NCBI GenBank assembly: GCA_046482545.1
Contig: JAWOEX010000039.1
Location: forward strand, 1 to 64,000
Length of the DNA: 64,000 nucleotides
DNA from: Candidatus Thorarchaeota archaeon
GTDB taxonomy: Archaea > Asgardarchaeota > Thorarchaeia > Thorarchaeales > Thorarchaeaceae
Direction: 5' to 3'
The notes beneath the pieces were generated by a model. That model had not been told where the DNA came from. It made no database searches and saw only the letters and a program-made list of their open reading frames with translations. Made by a program: the position numbers and the translations under genes. Positions 40,701 through 48,429 of the stretch are shown here, piece by piece (position 1 is the stretch's first letter; each line of letters opens with the position of its first letter).

Positions 40701-41214
40701 CATAGAGGCCACTAAAAATGCTACACACCTAATCCAGAAGGTGGGGAACACCAAAGGATATCTTTCTGCACCATTGCAGAAGTTGTCTCTTACCAATGTG
40801 ATTAGAGTGGCGCTATCTGAGTTCAAGCAAAAGTACCCATACATGGATATTGAACTCGTTGAGAAAACAGACGATCCGCTAGTATATGCGGACAAATACC
40901 TCTTCAACTTGATTGCTAATTTGTTAGAGAACTCGGCTATTCACAACAACAATGACCAACCATTCGTTCAAATCGAAGTCGAGAGATGCGGGGAAAGGTA
41001 CGAGATTTCGATAATGGATAACGGACCGGGGATTCCCCATAGCGAGAAGGAAGCCATTTTCGACCCTAATAGGCGTTATGGAGGAGTTGGAATCCCTCAG
41101 GCATTGAAAATCGCAGACAAATATGGAGCAGAAATATCAGTTCATGATAGGGTCAAAAATTGTCCAGAATTGGGAGCGGACTTCCGCATCTGGTTACCTA
41201 AAGCACCAACTTAG
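37771..41214 (+). CDS. Cytoplasmic multi-PAS (7 PAS) sensor histidine kinase
   Basis: Seven PAS/PAC units; H-box DLMGHDIRN, N-box NLLENS, DNGPGI, GGVGI. Confidence 0.92.
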   Translation: MGIKRTGKSEERQDTPAQAFDKWQSLIHQISGVLYECAFDQHWTMYWITEGIEELTGYPPSDIINNNVRSYNSIIHPNDRAIVREIVGKAVRQNEYFSTEYRIIDSTGTIKWVEERGMAEYDDQGNPDYLRGIIIDATRAKEAKRIARESQQKYRALFESSMDGIAFSDLDGHFQEVNPAFAEMTGYTEQELKKLTHQDITPSKYQEMEREVYHPQLVKRGYSDFYEKEYIRKNGSTFPARIRKWLFTNLEGNPFHVAAIVQDISEEKSAAKALERSQEQFRLLFNESPIGIEILDENGRIIRTNPSALEIFGVKEEQQVIGFSLLTDPNTPDFAKENIRNHESCIYESQFDYSLIRKHNLYETNRTRVVHLETKITPLGAGDDSTFRGFMLQIEDVSEQKKALESLRQSEERFYALFRDSPIGIEILDKKGQIIRANSAAQEIFGVSTEEEIIGFNILEDPNTPEQVKNKIRNREAYRFDSKFDYSRVKEQGLYTTSKSGIAYLETLITPLGKGNDSDFRGFMIQLQDVTERKNMLKALQDSEEQYRTTLEALDDPMYVVDKDLRINLTNPALTKWVNKLGLDGNIVGKHITDAFPFISEKVLEEYHRVFTDGIVFRTRDEVHLHRTTVHAETTKVPIMSGGRTVQVLTKIRDITSQYRNRMELERSEKRYRTLIKSIDLGFLFHDSAGRIRSVNPSAENILGVSEKDAKNHRFEQLSIELRNENGTEISPDELPLTTSLRTGQQSESSILQIFNKEKGKRRWVKMKAVPLKYGEHESPVEAYSIIDDITEEYRAQRALQKERDRAQNYLDIAGAIIVVIDSDGFIQEINEKGCTVLGYSHEEVVGKNWIRDFIPQRLQSEIRSILDDLSRGDMSEFSEFENPIINRDGEERVIEWHNSPLTDDEGSIVGVLSSGVDITKRKEMEENLRTTAETANLYLDLMGHDIRNYLQSIIMAVDIISERSEDHKITSFLDIIIEATKNATHLIQKVGNTKGYLSAPLQKLSLTNVIRVALSEFKQKYPYMDIELVEKTDDPLVYADKYLFNLIANLLENSAIHNNNDQPFVQIEVERCGERYEISIMDNGPGIPHSEKEAIFDPNRRYGGVGIPQALKIADKYGAEISVHDRVKNCPELGADFRIWLPKAPT
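38611..39408 (+). repeat. Tandem 399-nt internal duplication (PAS3/PAS4) in the kinase gene
   Basis: Two 133-aa units sharing SPIGIEILD, EIFGV, DPNTP, FDYS, ITPLG.G.DS.FRGFM. Confidence 0.8.
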
Positions 41215-41327
41215 AACTCAAACAATTTTTCTCTTTAGATTTCCCCACTGTGAGATGGTAACGAAAGCTTAACATATCCATAGTCTCAGTATTTTAATGA
41301 TAATTTAACAACAGATGGTGATGCGAA

Positions 41328-42323
41328 ATGGCGTACGACGTTGTAACATTCGGAGAGGTTATGCTAAGGCTATCGCCACCCGATTTCCAGCGCTTCGAGC
41401 AAACTAATAGCTACGATGCGCATGCGGGAGGTGCAGAGATGAATGTGGCAGTCGCATGTTCGCGACTTGGACTAGATTCAACCTATGTGACCAAGCTCGG
41501 AGACAATTCGATTGGTCACTTCATCAGAAACAAGGCACGTGAACATGGAGTGGATACTTCACATATTCTATGGGATCCTGAGAATCGCTGTGGTGTGTAC
41601 TTCGTTGAGTTTGGTGCAGCCCCCAGAACGAACAGAGTGATTTACGATAGAAAGCATTCTGCCATAAGCAAAATCCAAACTGGTGAGGTTGAATGGGACA
41701 GAGTATTTGATGGAACTAAATTGTTCCACACTAGTGGCATTACTCCAGCCCTAAGTAATAGCTGCGCAGATGTTACCATGGAGGCGTTCAAGGCAGCCCG
41801 GAAACATGATGTCAAGGTGTCATACGACGTTAACTACAGAGGAAAATTGTGGACTCCAGAAGAAGCTAATAGATTCACTGAACCAGCTTCAGAATATATT
41901 GATGTCCTAATTACAACGGAAGAGGATACCAAGGTAGTATACGGAATAGAGGGTGAAAACTATGAGGACGTTGCACAGAAGCTGTCCGACAAGTTCGGTT
42001 TCGAAGTAGTTGTAATAACTCTCAGAGAGACACCGTCAGTTTTGAAGAATAAATGGTCTGTTTTCGCCTATAGCGATGGTGAGGTCGTTAGAAGTCCGAA
42101 GTATGAGATAGAGGTTGTTGACCGCCTTGGCGGTGGCGATTCCTGCAGTGCAGGCTTCATCTATGGTTATCTTGAATTGGATGACCTCCAGCAGGCTGTG
42201 AATTTCGGATCTGCATTTTCAGCCATCAAACAGACACTGCCAGGTGACTTAGCTTTCGTAGACAAATCGGAAGTAGAAGACCTAGTCGAAGGATATGAGA
42301 GAGGCCTTCGGATTAAACGATAG
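41328..42323 (+). CDS. kdgK: 2-keto-3-deoxygluconate kinase (PfkB family)
   Basis: FGEVMLRLSPP, GGAEMNVA, HTSGITPAL, DVNYR.KLW, VDRLGGGDS; directly upstream of eda. Confidence 0.82.
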   Translation: MAYDVVTFGEVMLRLSPPDFQRFEQTNSYDAHAGGAEMNVAVACSRLGLDSTYVTKLGDNSIGHFIRNKAREHGVDTSHILWDPENRCGVYFVEFGAAPRTNRVIYDRKHSAISKIQTGEVEWDRVFDGTKLFHTSGITPALSNSCADVTMEAFKAARKHDVKVSYDVNYRGKLWTPEEANRFTEPASEYIDVLITTEEDTKVVYGIEGENYEDVAQKLSDKFGFEVVVITLRETPSVLKNKWSVFAYSDGEVVRSPKYEIEVVDRLGGGDSCSAGFIYGYLELDDLQQAVNFGSAFSAIKQTLPGDLAFVDKSEVEDLVEGYERGLRIKR

Positions 42324-42336
42324 GATGGTGTGAACT

Positions 42337-42984
42337 ATGTGGAACAAACAGGATGCTCTAAATCTGATACATGACACCGCTCTAATCCCCATTATCAGAG
42401 TGGAATCCGCTGATACTGCATTCAAAGTTGCAGACTCATTTCTCGAAGGGGGCGTAAATATCATTGAGGTGACGTTCAGTGTGCCAGGCGCTGCGGAAGT
42501 GGTTGAAGAGCTCACTGAAGAAATGGGCCAAGATGTACTCATCGGGACAGGGACTGTGCTAGACGCTCAAACAGCTAGGAAAGCTATACTTGCCGGTAGC
42601 GAGTTTATCGTCAGTCCGATATATTCGAAAGAACTCATTGAGATTTCTAGGCGATATGCCAAGGTATGCATCCCTGGAGCTTTAACCCCGACCGAAATCC
42701 TGGAGGCTTATACCATGGGAGCCGATGCAGTGAAAGTCTTTCCTAACAAGAATGTTGGAGGACCTTCGTACATACGAGCAGTTCGGGCTCCTCTACCGCA
42801 GGTACCACTTGTGCCAACGGGCGGCGTTAATCTGGAAAATGCCGGACCATTGCTGGAAGCTGGTTCTTTTGCCCTAGGGGTTGGAAGTGCAATCACAGAC
42901 AAAGAAGCAATTAATCAGGGCAACTTTGATGCCGTAACTCAGAATGTGAAGGATTTCCTTGAAATAGTCAAAGAATACAGGTAA
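42337..42984 (+). CDS. eda: KDPG/KHG aldolase (bacterial-type Eda)
   Basis: IIR, IEVT, IGTGTVL, FIVSP, PGALTPTE, VKVFP, VPTGGV. Confidence 0.9.
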   Translation: MWNKQDALNLIHDTALIPIIRVESADTAFKVADSFLEGGVNIIEVTFSVPGAAEVVEELTEEMGQDVLIGTGTVLDAQTARKAILAGSEFIVSPIYSKELIEISRRYAKVCIPGALTPTEILEAYTMGADAVKVFPNKNVGGPSYIRAVRAPLPQVPLVPTGGVNLENAGPLLEAGSFALGVGSAITDKEAINQGNFDAVTQNVKDFLEIVKEYR

Positions 42985-43202
42985 TGGTCTATTGCAGACT
43001 CGGACATACTCCCCGAGTACCTTAGCTCAGAGATAGACCATTTAGTCGGGAATACGTCCGTGTTCGAGCGTGATTTACCTCAATAGCAAATCAGCAGAAG
43101 AACATCGTTGTATGAGATAAGAAAGAGAAACAGAACGGCATTTTCCTACCACCATGATGTTCGTGTGGGAGTTACCGCTTCCTCAGCAATGAACGGATTT
43201 TC

Positions 43203-43502
43203 TCATTCCTCGACGGGAGTATTGAAGGCCACATACACGCTCTGGTCACGGTCGTCAATGACCACGTGGTGAGTTACGTTGTCCTTCATATCTAGCTTCA
43301 TCTTGAGCTCCTGTATCGCGTCATCATCTTGGGGGCGGAGACGTAGATAATCTTTGAGGAAATCCAAACTCACTGCATTCCCAGTATCCTTGATATCATT
43401 TAGCATCTCATCAAGTCGTTGCGCTGTGTCCATATCCAACTTCCTATTACTCTCTCGAATCTTCGAGACTTCCTTGAGGTGTTTCGTCCATTTTGCCATC
43501 AT
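43203..43502 (-). CDS. Hypothetical protein
   Basis: 99-aa ORF with GGTGA RBS and plausible composition. Confidence 0.7.
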   Translation of the reverse strand: MMAKWTKHLKEVSKIRESNRKLDMDTAQRLDEMLNDIKDTGNAVSLDFLKDYLRLRPQDDDAIQELKMKLDMKDNVTHHVVIDDRDQSVYVAFNTPVEE

Positions 43503-43715
43503 TGTCTCACCTTATTCTACAAATTTCGCGTTACTCATCAAGAGTTTTCTTCGGTATTGAATCTTTCCACTGTCATTGATATCGCTATCTGAATCAAATC
43601 GTTGACTTTTCGTATGCACCAGAATGAGGAAACCAGTGACAGAAGAATGCATTTCATCAGAAGTAAGGCTGAAATAGCCCCGTTAAGAGGAGTTGTAATA
43701 GTAGGCTTAGGTTGA

Positions 43716-44795
43716 GTGGATATAGGATTGACAAAATGTACAATTTCGTACACAACGACTGATGGAGTTTCTGAGAGAGCCACTATTGAAAATGGTTCTA
43801 TTGACTTACGAAAAAAATCCATCGAGACCATCAATTTGACAGGATTTGAAGGCTGTGATGCTCTGAAGAGGTTAAAACTCGATGGTAACAAACTCACCAA
43901 GATTAATCTGGAACCCTTGAGTACTTGTCCGAACCTCCGAGTCCTTGACATATCGAAGAACAGCTTCACCGAGTTGGATATTTCTCCTCTTGAGAAATGT
44001 GAAGAACTCGAGAAGTTGAACATTGGAACGAACATCATCGAAGAAATTAATCTCTCGGTTTTGGAAAATTGCGAAAATCTTCGCAGTTTGAGATTGTTCA
44101 ACAATAAACTAAGAGAAATCAACCTAGAAGCTCTTTCCAATTGCTCACATTTGACTCGCCTTGAGCTGGCCAACAATTTGCTCGGTAGCTTGGATTTGTC
44201 GCCGCTTGACAATTGCGAGGAAATCGAGCAACTGAATGTGATGTATAATGAACTGCGTCACCTTGATCTTAGCCCACTCTCCGCTGCAAAAGGACTGCGT
44301 TTTCTGTATTTGCATCACAACTATCTCGAATCGCTTGATTTGAGCCCTCTTCGGAACTGCCCTGAATTACACATTCTCCGACTCGGAGGCAACGAACTAC
44401 AGGAAATCGATCTTGCACCCCTATCTAAATCTAAGAATCTGGTTAGAATAGGTATTGCAATGAATAACCTCCGGGAAATTGATTTGACGCCCCTAGCTGA
44501 GTGTTCGGCTCTTTATAGTTTGGACATTTCACGCAACAAACTAACCGAGATAGACCTTGAGCCTCTTTCCAACTGCAAGAACCTTGAGGAACTCTATATT
44601 TACAGCCATCACGAGCAGGAAGAAAATAGGTTTGAAGAAATTGATCTGACGCCTCTTTTTGAATGCCCAGAGCTCATAGACATGATTCTGCCAGAGAAGG
44701 CCGAACTTGTGGCAGATAAGGAGTATAAGGATCATGAAGATATACCCACAGCAATGGACAGGCTAAAAGAAGACGCCAGGATTACTTGGATCTAA
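43716..44795 (+). CDS. Leucine-rich repeat protein (22-aa repeats)
   Basis: About 12 repeats of LxxLxLxxNxLxxI(D/N)LxPLxxCxx; no signal peptide or TM. Confidence 0.92.
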   Translation: MDIGLTKCTISYTTTDGVSERATIENGSIDLRKKSIETINLTGFEGCDALKRLKLDGNKLTKINLEPLSTCPNLRVLDISKNSFTELDISPLEKCEELEKLNIGTNIIEEINLSVLENCENLRSLRLFNNKLREINLEALSNCSHLTRLELANNLLGSLDLSPLDNCEEIEQLNVMYNELRHLDLSPLSAAKGLRFLYLHHNYLESLDLSPLRNCPELHILRLGGNELQEIDLAPLSKSKNLVRIGIAMNNLREIDLTPLAECSALYSLDISRNKLTEIDLEPLSNCKNLEELYIYSHHEQEENRFEEIDLTPLFECPELIDMILPEKAELVADKEYKDHEDIPTAMDRLKEDARITWI

Positions 44796-44959
44796 GCCAA
44801 CGCTAGATTTAGGTAATCAAATTAAACAACATATTTTCGGACAATGGGATATAAAGTCATTCTATCCAGTTTGTATCTTCATGGTTCTTAGTGTTCAATT
44901 CTTCACAGATGGGTAGTGTATCTCCTATCATAACGAGGAATGGGGAGGTGATGTATTGC

Positions 44960-44980
44960 ATGCATGATGAGATTGTGTGA
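44960..44980 (+). CDS. Candidate micro-ORF MHDEIV
   Basis: GGAGGTGAT at 44944-44952 precedes ATG 44960; TGA at 44978-80; in-frame upstream ATGs at 44951 and 44909. Confidence 0.3.
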   Translation: MHDEIV

Positions 44981-45007
44981 GCAATGCAGTGAAGGAGGTG
45001 AAAAAGT

Positions 45008-45040
45008 TTGATACCTGACTGGCCCGACGTTCCTTGGTAA
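45008..45040 (+). CDS. Candidate micro-ORF MIPDWPDVPW
   Basis: AAGGAGGTGA at 44992-45001, 6-nt spacer, TTG start, TAA stop, then GC-rich hairpin. Confidence 0.45.
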   Translation: MIPDWPDVPW

Positions 45041-45059
45041 CTGATTTATCAACCAAATG

Positions 45060-45081
45060 GGGGGTCAGCCTCGTGACCCCC
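45060..45081 (+). terminator. GC-rich hairpin closing the micro-ORF unit
   Basis: gggggtca/tgaccccc 8-bp stem, 6-nt loop, pyrimidine-rich tail. Confidence 0.6.
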
Positions 45082-45231
45082 TTCCTTAACTATTTCTCCA
45101 AACTTCTAGAAAAGCTGACCTCCTCCTGAAGGCTGTGAATGCACCACTAGTTCACTTGAATATCTCATTACCAAGAAAATTGAAAACGAATATAATAGAT
45201 AAACAAGATAAGTTTCAAGAGTTGATCAAGC

Positions 45232-45879
45232 ATGGTCATCGAGATGGATGAAGAAACAAGGAAACAAGTTGAAGAGAGATTCCAAACATTGGATGGGAAG
45301 GTTTCGATGCACCTGTTTGTCGAGAGCCAAGATTGTTTGTACTGTAGTGATGCCAAGGAACTCGCCAGCAAGATAGCTGAACTCTCAGAGAAAATCGAAC
45401 TGACTGAACATGATTTGCCCGAAGCTAATGATGTTGCTTCTGAAATGGGAATTCGTTTCACTCCTGCTATTGTTCTACATGGTAAAGAGGAGTACAACCT
45501 ACGTTTCTATGGTATACCCGCAGGACATGAATTTGGTGCCCTCATTTCTGATATAGTTGACGTGTCAACGGAATCAGTTCAGCTACCCGAAGAAATGATC
45601 GCAGATATCGAAGCAATAAATCAGAAGGTGCACATTCAGGTTTTCACAACACCGCAGTGTCCCTATTGCCCCAACGTGGTTCGTTTAGCGCATCAAGCGG
45701 CCATAATCAACCTGAAGATAGAAAGTGATATGATTGAGGCGCTCGAATTCAAGGATTTGGCTCAGCGATACGAAGTATTCGGTGTTCCCAAAACAATATT
45801 CAATGAGGTTTTGTCTGCGGAGGGGAATATCACACCAGAAGAATTTGTTGACAAGCTGTACGAAGCTACTGAAACATGA
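45232..45879 (+). CDS. Protein disulfide oxidoreductase (PDO, two thioredoxin folds)
   Basis: CLYC and CPYC motifs, FYGIPAGHEF, GVPKT. Confidence 0.92.
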   Translation: MVIEMDEETRKQVEERFQTLDGKVSMHLFVESQDCLYCSDAKELASKIAELSEKIELTEHDLPEANDVASEMGIRFTPAIVLHGKEEYNLRFYGIPAGHEFGALISDIVDVSTESVQLPEEMIADIEAINQKVHIQVFTTPQCPYCPNVVRLAHQAAIINLKIESDMIEALEFKDLAQRYEVFGVPKTIFNEVLSAEGNITPEEFVDKLYEATET

Positions 45880-45981
45880 TTACGGGAATCTACAGAACTG
45901 AGTCTAAATTGAATAGGATAGAAACACAAAATTGCAAATATTCTCCAAGTCCGCAGCGAGTATCACCACACTCTGCAACGA

Positions 45982-46929
45982 CTATTCCTTGTGCTGACGG
46001 GCATAGATGAATTCATTCTCATTGACATAGAGGTAGGCTTGGTATGCTGCATGTACCCCTTCGGCCACTCCCGTGATGGCCTGCTTGAAATCCGTATCGA
46101 CAACATCACCTGCTGCTAAAACAGCCTCAACATTAGTTTCGCTGTTTCTGTTGATAGCAATCTCGCCCTTGTCGTTAACTTCGACACCTACTTTCTTCGC
46201 AAGTTCGGAATTGGGAATACCTCCGATAGCAACGAAGACACCCTCGACATCGAGTGTGTCAGAACCACCGTAGGGATTATCTAGTTTCACCCCTGATACG
46301 CTCATTTCTCCTAAAATCTCTGTCACATTCGTGTTCGTAACCACTTCTATCTTATCTGACTTGGCAACTCTTTGGGCGTTAATAGGCTCAGGGCGAATCT
46401 TGTCCCCTCTATAAATCATATAGACCTTCCTGCAGTAGTTAGTTAACAGGAGAGCTTCTTTTGCAGCACTATCGCTACCACCAACCACCGCTACGTCCTT
46501 ATCTCGGAAAATCGGACCATCACATAGAGCGCAGTAGCTCACGCCTCTGTTTCGAAACTCGTCGTGCCCCTGAACATCCAGTTCCCTATCTTCCATTCCT
46601 GTAGCAATGAGCACAGTCCGAGACAAATACGTCTTTGATTTGGTCACAAGATAGAAACATCCTTCTTCATACCTAAATAGATCAACTACTCTAGCAGTTT
46701 CTAGATGGACAGGATAGTCGAGCGCATGTTCCTTCAGTTTCTCAGCAAGTTCCGTACCTGTCAATTCTATGAATCCGGGGTAGTTGGAAACCTCATCAGT
46801 GAGAGTAATCGTACCCCCGTCTTCATCTCCGACGACAACTGTACGCATCTCAAGCCGGGCACCGTACATAGCCGCACTATATCCTGTGACTCCAGATCCA
46901 ATGACTGCGAAGTCGTACAAGCAAGTCAC
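45982..46929 (-). CDS. trxB: Thioredoxin-disulfide reductase
   Basis: IGSGVTG, VSNYPG, GVSYCALCDG, VGGSDSA, AAGDV. Confidence 0.9.
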   Translation of the reverse strand: MTCLYDFAVIGSGVTGYSAAMYGARLEMRTVVVGDEDGGTITLTDEVSNYPGFIELTGTELAEKLKEHALDYPVHLETARVVDLFRYEEGCFYLVTKSKTYLSRTVLIATGMEDRELDVQGHDEFRNRGVSYCALCDGPIFRDKDVAVVGGSDSAAKEALLLTNYCRKVYMIYRGDKIRPEPINAQRVAKSDKIEVVTNTNVTEILGEMSVSGVKLDNPYGGSDTLDVEGVFVAIGGIPNSELAKKVGVEVNDKGEIAINRNSETNVEAVLAAGDVVDTDFKQAITGVAEGVHAAYQAYLYVNENEFIYARQHKE

Positions 46930-47177
46930 CTGTTGCTTTCTAGGGCTTTGCTTAGTCGTCGCTTGACACGGTTGTCAAAGCCGACGAAAATGTCTCCTTC
47001 AACAATGCAAGCAGGAACTGCACCTTGTCCAGTTCTCCCAACAAGCTCATCAAAGAGTTCTGGCTCGATAACGACATTTTTCTCCGTGTAGCTTACACCC
47101 CGGCTCTCCAGAAAATCTTTCAACTTGTCAGAATTTGGATCTTCAGACGCTGTGTATACTTCGACTTTCATGTTCAA
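46926..47177 (-). CDS. Glutaredoxin/NrdH-fold protein lacking CxxC
   Basis: VEVYT...LKDFL..RGVSYTEKNV, TGQGAVP, FVGFD; CxxC site reads DPNS; overlaps trxB start by 4 nt. Confidence 0.78.
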   Translation of the reverse strand: MNMKVEVYTASEDPNSDKLKDFLESRGVSYTEKNVVIEPELFDELVGRTGQGAVPACIVEGDIFVGFDNRVKRRLSKALESNR

Positions 47178-47266
47178 TCGTGTTTTTTCTCAGTTTTGAT
47201 AAGAAAAAGTTTTGCTAAATGCCCTTGCTCATTCTGGGACGTAGCGAAGAATATTAAGGATGATAC

Positions 47267-47776
47267 TTGATTATTATGAAAGCGGAAGGTGTGAAACCCG
47301 TGGATGAGAAAGAAACGTTACACTTCATAGATGACCAGATAAAATTGGAAGAGAGGATAATCGAAATAGTTGAAGAAACAACTTCAAAGCTCGGAAATGC
47401 CTTTGTCAAGCAGATGCTGCTCGGAATCGCCCAAGATTCAAAGAAACATGCAGCACTCTTGACTTCACTGAGGAATGCAGTTGAAGGTCCTACCCCATTC
47501 ATCAGTGAAGAAGAACGTGATGACATTGCTGACGGAATAGAAAAACACATCGAACTAGAAGCAAAAGCAATCGAAACATACGACCAACTAACGAAGGAAA
47601 GTGATGATCAGCAGGTGAAGTCCATAGCATCAATGATCCATGAAGATGAAATTCGACATCACAGCTTGCTGAAGGAACTCCACAAAACCATGATAGAGCC
47701 AGAGACACTTACTGAAGATATGATTTGGGACGCGTTCTGGAAGGATAGCCCGTGGCACGGAAGCCCTGGCGGTTGA
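47267..47776 (+). CDS. Ferritin-like (rubrerythrin-type four-helix) protein
   Basis: E...DSKKH and E...EDEIRHH di-metal motifs; C-terminal tail WKDSPWHGSPGG. Confidence 0.8.
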   Translation: MIIMKAEGVKPVDEKETLHFIDDQIKLEERIIEIVEETTSKLGNAFVKQMLLGIAQDSKKHAALLTSLRNAVEGPTPFISEEERDDIADGIEKHIELEAKAIETYDQLTKESDDQQVKSIASMIHEDEIRHHSLLKELHKTMIEPETLTEDMIWDAFWKDSPWHGSPGG

Positions 47777-47828
47777 CTGTAGGTCGGGTAATTCCGGGTG
47801 GGTTTGCTGTCTCCAAAATAATAATCAG

Positions 47829-48371
47829 CTAATCGAGAAATTTGTCCGCGATTTTCGTGAATTCATAATCAAGTGACTCGAACCCCACCCCGGTCTTTGC
47901 AGATATCAGTTGTGTCGCCATTTCGTATGGTGCTGCCATCCGATTCATTTCGGAGATGATATCGTCGAACGGTGGTGTAAGCAAGTCAATCTTGTTGCCA
48001 ACAACGATGAAGCGCTCTCCGTCTCCATTTTCTAGATCGAATCTGCTGTTCTCACTAATGGCGGGAACCCAATAATGGAAGAGATTATCCAAGGTGGCTA
48101 GCTTACTAACATCGAAGAAAAGAAGCCCGATTTTGGCCCCTCTAATCATGCTCTTCATGGTTTCGATGAATCGTCGCTGACCGCCAAAATCCCACAGAGA
48201 GAGTGTGGCATCACGACCACTTGGCAGAGTTACTTTCTTGGTATCGAAACTTGCTCCTACTGTGGTCTTAAGCATCTCAGGATCGGGAAATGTGCCGGTG
48301 GTCCACCGGGTAGTGAAAGAAGTCTTACCGCATTCAGTATCTCCTAGCACTACGGCCTTCATTATTGCCAT
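47829..48371 (-). CDS. Rab-like small GTPase (Ras superfamily)
   Basis: G1 GDTECGKTS, G2 TTVGASF, G3 WDFGGQ, IRGA, FFDVS, G4 NKID, G5 SAKTG. Confidence 0.93.
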   Translation of the reverse strand: MAIMKAVVLGDTECGKTSFTTRWTTGTFPDPEMLKTTVGASFDTKKVTLPSGRDATLSLWDFGGQRRFIETMKSMIRGAKIGLLFFDVSKLATLDNLFHYWVPAISENSRFDLENGDGERFIVVGNKIDLLTPPFDDIISEMNRMAAPYEMATQLISAKTGVGFESLDYEFTKIADKFLD

Positions 48372-48429
48372 GTTAGCACCTTTGTCTGAATGGTCAGATG
48401 CTCGATATATAATTGATTCTGAGTTGAAT

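Noticed and set aside
43538-44212. 224-aa minus-strand ORF
   Set aside because: Ser-rich antisense shadow of the LRR gene.
44964-45018. ATGATGA...CTGA could be a box C/D sRNA instead of micro-ORFs
   Set aside because: No convincing D'/C' boxes at guide spacing, and the two RBS plus hairpin fit translation better; not fully excluded.
45232-47177. Selenocysteine (TGA) read-through in the redox genes
   Set aside because: Active sites use Cys codons or non-Cys sense codons; no in-frame TGA at catalytic positions was seen.
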